Positions 1-8,009 of a DNA stretch of 57,724 nucleotides are shown here, one piece after another (the first letter of the stretch is position 1; the number at the start of each line of letters is the position of its first letter). The stretch covers positions 1-57,724 of the forward strand of contig JBFMDM010000002.1 of the NCBI GenBank assembly GCA_040753835.1, given 5' to 3'. The translations under genes and the position numbers were made by a program. Below the pieces are notes generated by a model. That model saw only the letters and a list, made by a program, of their open reading frames with translations. It made no database searches and was not told the DNA's origin. This DNA is from Planctomycetota bacterium (GTDB lineage: Bacteria; Planctomycetota; MHYJ01; JACQXL01).

Positions 1-271
1 TAAACCTGTAACGATTGCTTACTTGCTCACTGGCTGATAGGGATTCGCCGAAAGCGGAATAGTCATAAGTGTTAACCACAGATTGCGCAGATGACACGAG
101 ATTGCGCACGCTTCCTAAGCCGTCAACCATAAAGTAATACGTATTGGAATTGGTGATGACCAGAAGGTTCTGGTCTAAGAACGGCGTTACATACGAGGCA
201 ATCAGGTTATTGGAGCCGTCATAGTCCGTAACCACGGTCGGGCCGTCATAGGCGCAACATCTATTTTTCAT
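1..271 (-). CDS. RHS repeat-associated core domain protein, 5-prime part only (continues past the window start)
   Basis: Minus-strand ORF absent from the supplied track because it leaves the window. ATG at 271-269 follows an in-frame TGA. Translation: MKNRCCAYDGPTVVTDYDGSNNLIASYV...YYFMVDGLGSVRNLVSSAQSVVNTYDYSAFGESLSASEQVSNRYRF. It matches the conserved N-terminal halves of the ORFs at 54212 and 55837. Nucleotides 1-49 are the exact reverse complement of 55993-56041. Confidence 0.7.
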   Translation of the reverse strand, partial: MKNRCCAYDGPTVVTDYDGSNNLIASYVTPFLDQNLLVITNSNTYYFMVDGLGSVRNLVSSAQSVVNTYDYSAFGESLSASEQVSNRYRF

Positions 272-1691
272 TCGGTTTGGTTTCTGGTGGAGTTTTCTCT
301 TTCAATTCTTCTATATATTGCTGGACTAATTCAGTTCTAATCGATTTTGGCTCTAATTCTAAATAATGTGTAAAATCCTTTATTGCCTCTTGCTTCTTAC
401 CTAATTTCTTATAAATTAACCCCCTAAAATAATATGCTTCGGAATATTTGGGATTTAATTGAATTGTCAATGTTAATTCTTTTATAGCATTGTCGTTGTC
501 GCTCTTATAAAACAATAATTTGGCGCGTCTAAGATGACATCTATCAGATGACGGAAATAATTTTATAGCTCGGTCAATATCTTTAATTGCGTTATCATAT
601 TCATTTATTTTTTCATAGATAACCGCTCTGCGATAATAAATTCTTGCCAATGAAGGATTCAACTCTATTGCTTTACTGTATACTGAAAGAGCAGATTTCA
701 GTTCTTCCCTTGCATCATAAGTATATCCTGTTGAGTTTATCAAATATCCCTTTAGTTCATACGAACCATAATAATTCGGGGACATTCGTATTACCTCATT
801 CAAATGGAATAACGCCCTATTATATGCTCCATCTGTACCAACCCCAGCCAAAAAAGAAGCGATTTCAAAGTGGGTATGCGCAGGGTTTGAAGAGACCTTA
901 ATTGCTTTTCTCCAATCACTATCAGATTTACTATCATCATAGTTATCGTAATACACCATCCCCCTATTCATGAGAAAGATTCCTATAACATCTTTCTTTG
1001 AAAGATTCTTAAGATATCCAGCAAAGTTTATGTCCTCTTTTGTTAACCCGATAAAAAACATTTGATTATCAGGGTTATTCATACCCGGCGCTAAATAATA
1101 ATCATAAGCCGACGTTCCTAATTCGGCGCCATTTTTATCGGTTTCTATGTCTCTTATATATTTACCATTATCATACCTAATAAATATATGTTCGGGAGAG
1201 GACACTCCATATACAGGCAGGTTTAATCTTTCTGCAAGGGCAAGATAAAGAGATGATAAACCCAAGCAATTTCCCGACTTATTATCCAACACCTTATTTA
1301 ATAATGCTTTTTCAGCATAATTCTCCCTCGGCTTCCAGTAAATAGTCGGGGATGCCTTAAACCCTTTAACGTCAAAAAGGTAGCTATTAATCGTTCGGAT
1401 AACATCAGACGGTTCTTTCTGGGCGCTAATCTGGTCTTCTATCTCCCTTGCCATGTTATCCAAGATATCAAGGTATTTTTTCACATCTATAGATGGATAA
1501 TACTCCTTCGCCAGGATTAAGAGCACGCATCCTAAATCGATATTTTTATCCGCAGAACTTATAACATCCTCGATTATTTCTCCCTCATTTCTATTTATCC
1601 ATTTGTTATAATTTTGCGACTCTTGTTCACAAATACCACCGACACCCGACATAATTACTAAAATCAGGAATAGAATATAAGTAATTTTCAT
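261..1691 (-). CDS. secreted transglutaminase-like / TPR repeat protein
   Basis: 476-aa ORF with a hydrophobic N-terminus (MKITYILFLILVIMSGVGG). SGNCLGLSSLYLALAERLNLPVYGVSSPEHIFIRY resembles the Cys/His core of transglutaminase-like cysteine-protease folds. The C-terminal third has 34-residue TPR-like units (ARIYYRRAVIYEKINEYDNAIKDIDRAIKLFP; AYYFRGLIYKKLGKKQEAIKDFTHYLELEP). The stop overlaps the start of the RHS-core ORF by 11 nt. Confidence 0.75.
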   Translation of the reverse strand: MKITYILFLILVIMSGVGGICEQESQNYNKWINRNEGEIIEDVISSADKNIDLGCVLLILAKEYYPSIDVKKYLDILDNMAREIEDQISAQKEPSDVIRTINSYLFDVKGFKASPTIYWKPRENYAEKALLNKVLDNKSGNCLGLSSLYLALAERLNLPVYGVSSPEHIFIRYDNGKYIRDIETDKNGAELGTSAYDYYLAPGMNNPDNQMFFIGLTKEDINFAGYLKNLSKKDVIGIFLMNRGMVYYDNYDDSKSDSDWRKAIKVSSNPAHTHFEIASFLAGVGTDGAYNRALFHLNEVIRMSPNYYGSYELKGYLINSTGYTYDAREELKSALSVYSKAIELNPSLARIYYRRAVIYEKINEYDNAIKDIDRAIKLFPSSDRCHLRRAKLLFYKSDNDNAIKELTLTIQLNPKYSEAYYFRGLIYKKLGKKQEAIKDFTHYLELEPKSIRTELVQQYIEELKEKTPPETKPNEK

Positions 1692-1946
1692 GATATATTT
1701 ATGAATAAATTTTGTATCCAGCTATAGTACACTACCTTAATCCGGTGACACAAACCAATTTATTAATTCGTATGCGTCCCCAGATTACCTTTTGATTACC
1801 TTTTTACCTTTTTACCTTTACCTTGGACATATTAGTATTCGCATCCTGGATTGTCAAGAGATTACTTTCAGCCGGGTCATAACCGCAAGAGGTGTTGTTG
1901 GCTACTTAATTAGTACGTGTCCCCAGATTAGTGATTAGGATATTTG

Positions 1947-2012
1947 CCCGCCAAAGGCGGGTCCGCCTCCCGCCATTAGGGCGAGGCTCGCCTTCGGGCG
2001 GCTGGCGGAAAA
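1947..2012. repeat. GC-rich nested palindromic element (intergenic copy of the double-hairpin family)
   Basis: CCCGCC-aaa-GGCGGG followed by TCCGCC-tc[ccgccattagggcgaggctcgccttcgggcgg]ct-GGCGGAAAA. The outer arms match the 33-nt element found inside ileS and the M42 peptidase. The inner part matches 5253-5289 and 50933-50957. Confidence 0.7.
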
Positions 2013-2047
2013 TTCCATACAATAAAATATGGGTTTTTACGTTTGTA

Positions 2048-3103
2048 TCAGTTTATCCGGTAGCGGTTTATCCCGGAATCGGCCAGGACCGGCACATTGC
2101 GCAGAACTGTTTTATCAGATAGTATGTTTGTCGTTACATCCTTAACGCCATCCGGCAGGTCTGCATAGCGGGCCGTGATGCCTGCGGCAAGTTTAATGTC
2201 CTCATCGCGGAATCTGCCCCGTAATAGCGCCGTGGGTCCGACATAGTCCGCGGTTTCCATCAGGACGTCTCCTTCGCGGCCATCCGCCGTTTCGTAGCCG
2301 GAGCTCTGGAATGGCGAAGGACGGCACAGGTTGGCAATGGTCTGGTTTTCCTTTTCATTGCGTCCCACTATGAGTTTGAGTTTGTCGTTTATCCTGAAAT
2401 GCCGGCCTACCTGCAATAACAGGGTGTCGTTCAGCCCAAAGTCCGGAGTATATTTCAGGAGGTCCTTCATCCGCACCGCAAATCCGGGGTCGGTGAGTAA
2501 ACATCCGCCGGCCGGACAGGGATAGTCCTTAATCTCAAAGATATTGGCAAGGGACATCTGCTCTTTGCGCGAGCGGCCTGAGATGGCCAGCAATTTGGCC
2601 CGGTCCACCCACTTGTTATTTTCCGGCACGGTCGGCTCCAGCAGCCGGGCCGAGAGCGGCCGCAGGATGAGGCCTTGCAATCCGGTCTCTTTCTCAATAA
2701 GTTTCAGGGCGTTCAGATGCTGGGACATCGGCCGCTGGCTCAGGACCTCGCCGGTAATAATAAAAGACGCGCCGGACCGGTTCATCACCTCGCGGGTTGA
2801 ACGAACCGTATTTATCCGGCAGTCAATGCAGGGGTTAACGTTGCTGCCGTAGCCGTACCGGGGCTTGCGCACCGCTTCCAGCATCAGGTTGGTGTTGTTG
2901 ATGTTTCTTATCGGAATATGAAATTTTTCGGCTACGCTTTTGGCCGTGGAGCCGCAGACGCTGTCTTTGCCGTCGCACCGGCAGAAGACCGTGGTGAAGT
3001 GCAGAGCCTCTATCTCAAGAGGTACCAGGGCGGATTCCTGCACCACCTTGATGGCCAGGGTTGAGTCCAGCCCGCCGGATAACAATGCCAATGCTTTCAC
3101 CAT
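2048..3103 (-). CDS. PP-loop (adenine nucleotide alpha-hydrolase) family ATPase, ThiI/MnmA-like tRNA sulfurtransferase-type
   Basis: 351-aa ORF. N-terminal SGGLDS PP-loop motif (ALALLSGGLDSTLAIKVV), Cys-rich segments (CRCDG, NPCIDCR) and PCPAGGCLLTD. The exact substrate cannot be assigned. Confidence 0.6.
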   Translation of the reverse strand: MVKALALLSGGLDSTLAIKVVQESALVPLEIEALHFTTVFCRCDGKDSVCGSTAKSVAEKFHIPIRNINNTNLMLEAVRKPRYGYGSNVNPCIDCRINTVRSTREVMNRSGASFIITGEVLSQRPMSQHLNALKLIEKETGLQGLILRPLSARLLEPTVPENNKWVDRAKLLAISGRSRKEQMSLANIFEIKDYPCPAGGCLLTDPGFAVRMKDLLKYTPDFGLNDTLLLQVGRHFRINDKLKLIVGRNEKENQTIANLCRPSPFQSSGYETADGREGDVLMETADYVGPTALLRGRFRDEDIKLAAGITARYADLPDGVKDVTTNILSDKTVLRNVPVLADSGINRYRIN

Positions 3104-3248
3104 ACAACAGCAACCACAGATTTCACCGATTTTGCGTGCGCTTCAGCCACAGGCTGAATGCTCCGCCTCACGCTCCGCTTAGTACACAGATTCGTTGACT
3201 TTAGAAAAAAGACATTATAGAATAATACAATAAAAAATACAAAATACA

Positions 3249-3986
3249 ATGTTATCTGCATCCAAATTAAAAGAATCAATAGAGAATATCAAGTCCCGGG
3301 TTAAGTCAGCCGCTCAGCGCGCGGGCCGGAACCCGGATGATATCACTATCGTAGCCGTAACCAAGACGGTCGGGGCGGAAACCCTGAAGGTTCTGTCGGA
3401 ATTGGGCTGGAAGGACATCGGCGAGAACCGGGTGCAGGACACGCTGGATAAGGCCAAGTCATTGGGCACAGAGACCGGGTTTGCCTGGCATATGATAGGC
3501 CACCTGCAGACCAATAAGGCCAAAAAGGCGGTCGGCTTGTTTGACTGGATTCACTCACTGGATTCCCTGCATCTTGCCGAGGAACTCCAGAAAGAGGCGG
3601 TAAAGGCAAACAAGACCCTGCGGGTCCTGATTGAGGTGAACGTGAGCACAGAGGCGAGCAAGGGCGGTATCAGGCCTGAGGAGTTGACGGACTTTTATCG
3701 CAAGGTAAAAGCCGCCCTGCGCCCTGGCGGGACTTCAGAACGGCGGGCTGGGCTGGTCATCAGCGGGTTAATGACTATGGCGCCGCTGAGCGGCGACCCC
3801 GAAGCGTCCCGACCCTGGTTTAGAAAATTAAGGGAATTAAGGGATAAATTAAAGAGCGATTTTATTGACGCAGGCGGCTCTGAGGAACTAAAATATCTCT
3901 CAATGGGGATGAGCCAGGATTTTGAGGTGGCGGCGGAAGAAGGCGCCAATATCCTCAGAATCGGCACGGCCATATTCAAAGAATAA
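3249..3986 (+). CDS. yggS: YggS-family pyridoxal-phosphate-binding protein
   Basis: 245 aa. Family hallmarks: VAVTKTV, IGENRVQD, HMIGHLQTNKAKKAV, LSMGMSQDFEVAAEEGANILRIGTAIF. Confidence 0.8.
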   Translation: MLSASKLKESIENIKSRVKSAAQRAGRNPDDITIVAVTKTVGAETLKVLSELGWKDIGENRVQDTLDKAKSLGTETGFAWHMIGHLQTNKAKKAVGLFDWIHSLDSLHLAEELQKEAVKANKTLRVLIEVNVSTEASKGGIRPEELTDFYRKVKAALRPGGTSERRAGLVISGLMTMAPLSGDPEASRPWFRKLRELRDKLKSDFIDAGGSEELKYLSMGMSQDFEVAAEEGANILRIGTAIFKE

Positions 3987-4058
3987 AGATGACAGAAAAA
4001 AGATGAAAGGATTCTAACTCTCATCTTTTGTCTTTCATCTGTCCTCTTTTACTTTACT

Positions 4059-7040
4059 ATGCCTAAACTGCTTGTAGAAAAAGGGCCGAATAAAGACCTG
4101 GAAATCACGGTCGGCAAGACCGTATTTGCCGGCCGGGATACCTCGGCGCATATTATGCTCACCGAGCCGATGGTCTCGCGCCTGCATTTCAAGATAGAGC
4201 GCCGCAAGGACGGTTATTTCCTGGTTGACCTGGATTCCCTGAACGGCACCTTTGTCAACCGGGCCCGGGTCAGGGAGCGGCTCTTAAAACCCGGGGATAT
4301 GATTCAGGTGGGCGACACCATATTCTCGTTCGTCTCGGACGACCCGGCGACCCAAGCCAAGTCGCTGGTCGGCAAAATCGTGGGCGGGTATTCCATCATA
4401 GAAAGAATCGGCCGGGGCGGGATGGGCACGGTCTACAAGGCGCTTCAGATTTCGCTCAACCGCACGGTGGCGCTTAAAATCCTTTCCGAGGATATGCTCA
4501 AGGACAAGACCTTTATTGATATGTTCCTGCGCGAGGCGCGCTCGGCCGGCCAACTGAACCACAACAACATCGTCCAGGTCTATGACGTCGGCCGGACCCC
4601 GGATGATATCTATTACTTCTCAATGGAGTTTATGCCCGGCGGCAGCATCCAGGAACTGCTGATAAAGAAACAACGGCTGCCGGCATTCCAGGCAACCAGG
4701 ATGATGTTGGATGCGGCAATGGGCCTGTCCTATGCGGAAAAGAAAGGCATTGTCCACCGCGACATCAAGCCGGATAACCTGATGATAAGCGAGGAGGAAA
4801 TCGTAAAAATCGGCGATTTGGGTCTGGCCAAGAGCGTCTCGGCCTCGCAACAGGAACAACAGTCCAATACCCTGATGGGCACGCCGCACTACCTGGCGCC
4901 GGAACAGGCCCTGGGCAAGTCGGTTGACCACCGGTGCGATATCTATTCGCTGGGCGCCAGTTTCTACCGCATCGTTTCGGGCGTAACGCCATACAGCGCC
5001 TCGTCCGTAAAGGATATTATCACCAAGAAATTAAAGGAAGACCCCAGGCCTCTTAAGGAGGTCCTGCCTTCGGTTCCGGATTCGGTGGTCGGGGTTATCA
5101 GCCGGATGATGAGGCGTAATGTTGAGGAACGTTACCAGAACGCCGGCGAACTTGTTAAGGAACTGCAGCAGTTGAAAGATGAATTGGACCCATCCAAGCC
5201 GCTCACCTCGCCAGGCGGAGCCGGCGGGGGCAAACCGACCGCCGCCGCCTTTGGCGAGCCTCGCCCTGCGGGGCGGGAAGGCGGATTTCTGGAGCCCGCA
5301 GGGCCGGTATTACCTGAAGCGGAAAAGGCATTGCGCAAATCGCCTTTTGTCCGGTTCGGCATCCCAGCCATCCTGCTGGTAATGACCATAGGCGTGGTGT
5401 TCCTGCTTTTCAGTTATTATTATTCAGATATAAACAAGACGCTTCCGGATAACGGAAACACCACAAACGGGCCGATTCACCCGCCTCCGGTGACCGGAAG
5501 CGAATACGAGGAGAAACTGGCCCGTGAATACCTGAGCCGGGCGCGCGCCTTTGAGGCCGGGCTTTCTTCGGACAGCGCCAGGGAGGCGGTGCACGACGGC
5601 ATAAAGTTGTTTGAGCGCGTCATCAACGAATGCGCCGGCGCCAAGGACGCCGTAAAAGACGCGCTGGAAGGGATTAACCGCCTTAACAAACTCCTTAAGA
5701 CCCTGGATGAACGGGACAAGCAGCGGCAGGCGGAAAAGGACACCCTGGCCCTTCTTGGCCAACTGGAGGACCGGATTAACGCCAATCTCAAGGCGCTCCT
5801 TGATGCGGCGGATTCTGCGGTCAGGGGAACCCAAATGGCCGAGAATTTCCTGAACACCTCGCTGGCTGAATTGGACGATTTCCTCCGGACCAATCCGCGT
5901 TTCGCCTCGGTTACCGAACGGGCTGAAGGGAAAAAGACATCCCTGACCAAGTGGTTCAAGTCCTGCCAGGCCGCGGGCGAGAAATATCGGACGCTTACCG
6001 AGCAGGCGGAAATCGCCGTCAAGAACGAAAGATTCGCCCAGGCGCTTAAATCCGTCAACGACTTCATTAACAACCCGGCTTACCAGAACACCATCTATTA
6101 TAATATTGCCAGGAATTACCACGCCCTGGTGGAATCGCGAGCCGATAAATCGTTCTCAGACCTGATGCTTCGGGTGGAAGACCTCAAGGATAAGGGCCAG
6201 TTAACCGAGGCCCAGAAGTTGCTGGCCGGAACGCAGGGTTTGTACGGCATAGAAAAAATAGAGGCCCGGATAAAGGAATATCTGGACTGGTTCAAGGGCC
6301 AGGGGGACAAGATTTACGAACAACTGCTGCGGAAAGAAGCCGCGGATTTTCCTCAATACCTGATGTCGCTTTCCTGGTTCCTGCAAAGCGGCCGGTTTGA
6401 CGACTGGGCCGCAAAGGAAGGCCAGATGAAAACCGCCTTCCAAACCAGGGAATACAAGGAAAAGGCCGGGCAGTATCTTTCCCTGATAAAGATGGAAAAG
6501 GGCATTATTGACCGCTTTATTGACCGGTTCAACACGCGGCGGATTGACCGGCCCGTGCTCCAGGGTCGGGAAATCGCATCTATAGACACCGGAAACGGGC
6601 TAATTTATTTTGTCTCCAAGGAAACCCCGCCCCTGAGATTCCAAGAAATATCCATCCGGGACTGGGAACTCTGCCTGACCGGCGGCTGGGATTTTGACGC
6701 CCGGGATTGTTTTGATTTCGCCATGCTCTGCATCTGCCGGGGCGGCAATATCCCCAAAGCCGAGGAGTTCTTCAGCAAATCCCTGACCAAGAAACCCAAC
6801 CGGGAACTCCAGGAACTGCTCAAGACATACCGGCCCAAGGAGAAACTTGAGGAGTTGAAGAAGAACCGCGAGGATGAAGCCGGGATGTTCAGCCAGATAG
6901 CCGATAAATTATACAACGAAAAACAGCCCGGGGCGCTGGACGCCTTCCAACTCCTGCGCTACCGATACGTCAACACCCTGGTCTATACCAACAACAAGAC
7001 GTCCATAGACACCAAGATTAAATTATTGGGAGGAAAATAA
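4059..7040 (+). CDS. FHA-domain Ser/Thr protein kinase with one TM helix and a large extracytoplasmic helical domain
   Basis: 993 aa. FHA-like N-terminus (GRDTSAHIMLTEPMVSRLHFKIERRKDGYFLVDLDSLNGTFVN). Hanks kinase motifs: GRGGMGTVYKA, VALKIL, HRDIKPDNLMI, DLGLA, GTPHYLAPE. TM segment FGIPAILLVMTIGVVFLLFSYYY, then about 540 aa of helical or coiled-coil-like sequence. Confidence 0.85.
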   Translation: MPKLLVEKGPNKDLEITVGKTVFAGRDTSAHIMLTEPMVSRLHFKIERRKDGYFLVDLDSLNGTFVNRARVRERLLKPGDMIQVGDTIFSFVSDDPATQAKSLVGKIVGGYSIIERIGRGGMGTVYKALQISLNRTVALKILSEDMLKDKTFIDMFLREARSAGQLNHNNIVQVYDVGRTPDDIYYFSMEFMPGGSIQELLIKKQRLPAFQATRMMLDAAMGLSYAEKKGIVHRDIKPDNLMISEEEIVKIGDLGLAKSVSASQQEQQSNTLMGTPHYLAPEQALGKSVDHRCDIYSLGASFYRIVSGVTPYSASSVKDIITKKLKEDPRPLKEVLPSVPDSVVGVISRMMRRNVEERYQNAGELVKELQQLKDELDPSKPLTSPGGAGGGKPTAAAFGEPRPAGREGGFLEPAGPVLPEAEKALRKSPFVRFGIPAILLVMTIGVVFLLFSYYYSDINKTLPDNGNTTNGPIHPPPVTGSEYEEKLAREYLSRARAFEAGLSSDSAREAVHDGIKLFERVINECAGAKDAVKDALEGINRLNKLLKTLDERDKQRQAEKDTLALLGQLEDRINANLKALLDAADSAVRGTQMAENFLNTSLAELDDFLRTNPRFASVTERAEGKKTSLTKWFKSCQAAGEKYRTLTEQAEIAVKNERFAQALKSVNDFINNPAYQNTIYYNIARNYHALVESRADKSFSDLMLRVEDLKDKGQLTEAQKLLAGTQGLYGIEKIEARIKEYLDWFKGQGDKIYEQLLRKEAADFPQYLMSLSWFLQSGRFDDWAAKEGQMKTAFQTREYKEKAGQYLSLIKMEKGIIDRFIDRFNTRRIDRPVLQGREIASIDTGNGLIYFVSKETPPLRFQEISIRDWELCLTGGWDFDARDCFDFAMLCICRGGNIPKAEEFFSKSLTKKPNRELQELLKTYRPKEKLEELKKNREDEAGMFSQIADKLYNEKQPGALDAFQLLRYRYVNTLVYTNNKTSIDTKIKLLGGK

Positions 7041-7049
7041 ACAAATCTG

Positions 7050-7880
7050 ATGACAGAGAATAACATCAAAGAGCAGGTCAACTCAGCCGCCGGATTCATC
7101 CGCTCCAAAATACAGGACTTTACGCCCCGAATCGGCATCATTCTGGGCACGGGTCTGGGCAACTTCGCCGATGAGATTACCGACAAAATCATTGTGCCCT
7201 ACCAGGAGATTCCCGGATTCCCGGTTTCGACCGTAATGACCCACAAGGGCGAACTGGTCTTCGGCTCGCTTGGCGGCAGACCGGTTATGGCAATGGCCGG
7301 CCGGTTCCACTATTACGAGGGCTACAATTTACATCAGACCACCTTTCCGGTGCGGGTGATGAAGGCGCTGGGCGTGGAAATCCTGATTGTCTCGGCGGCC
7401 GTGGGAAGCGTCAATGCCGACTGCCCCTGCGGAATGGTGGTCCTGGTCAAGGACCACATAAATCTCCTGGGCGCCAACCCGCTTATCGGCCCGAATGACG
7501 ATTCGCTCGGGCCCAGGTTTCCGGATATGTATAACGCCTACGACAAGGTTCTCCTGGAGATTGCCTCTTCTGTGGCCGAGGAGAATAACATCAAAACCTA
7601 CCGGGCGGTCTATGCCGCGATGACCGGGCCGTCTCTGGAGACGCCGGCCGAATATCGGATGATTCGCATACTCGGCGCCGATGTGGTCGGGATGTCAACC
7701 GTTCCCGAGGTGATTGTGGCCGCGCATTCGGGCCTGCGCACCCTGGCATTGGCGGTCGTCACCGACCTGGCTACGCCCGAGGCCATCAAGCCCGTGGACA
7801 TAGACGAAATAATCCACATTGCAAACGGCGCCGAGCCCTCCTTGAGCGCCATTATCAGGGGCGTGGTCAGGCAACTTTAG
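7050..7880 (+). CDS. punA: purine nucleoside phosphorylase (trimeric PNP/PunA type)
   Basis: 276 aa. Motifs: GIILGTGLG, MAGRFHYYEGY, GPRFPDM, VGMSTVPEVIVA. Confidence 0.8.
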   Translation: MTENNIKEQVNSAAGFIRSKIQDFTPRIGIILGTGLGNFADEITDKIIVPYQEIPGFPVSTVMTHKGELVFGSLGGRPVMAMAGRFHYYEGYNLHQTTFPVRVMKALGVEILIVSAAVGSVNADCPCGMVVLVKDHINLLGANPLIGPNDDSLGPRFPDMYNAYDKVLLEIASSVAEENNIKTYRAVYAAMTGPSLETPAEYRMIRILGADVVGMSTVPEVIVAAHSGLRTLALAVVTDLATPEAIKPVDIDEIIHIANGAEPSLSAIIRGVVRQL

Positions 7881-8009
7881 AACGCAAATCTGTATTTATC
7901 TGCGGAATCTGTGTGAACTTGTAGTGAACGTAGCGAATCTATCTGTGGCTATAATTCTTGACCCTTCTACCGGCGTTTGCTATAGATTATTGCCTTAAAG
8001 GAGAATTGT

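Noticed and set aside
70-110. CACAGAT-like repeats at AACCACAGATTGCGCAGATGACACGAGATTGCG.
   Set aside because: This stretch is the coding sequence of the conserved RHS-core peptide (LGSVRNLVSSAQSVVN) on the minus strand, with equivalent sequence at 55925-55970. The resemblance to the intergenic CCACAGATT family is probably coincidental.
5424-6122. 232-aa and 198-aa minus-strand ORFs inside the kinase gene. Similar antisense ORFs occur at 8205-8765, 20948-21898, 12964-13617, 36351-37160, 45397-46017, 46155-46868, 49776-50285, 52367-52930 and 54535-55176.
   Set aside because: They lie entirely within, and antisense to, ORFs with clear family motifs. Their products are low-complexity (Arg/Ser/Pro/Leu-rich), have no RBS and match no recognisable motif. 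These are typical shadow ORFs.
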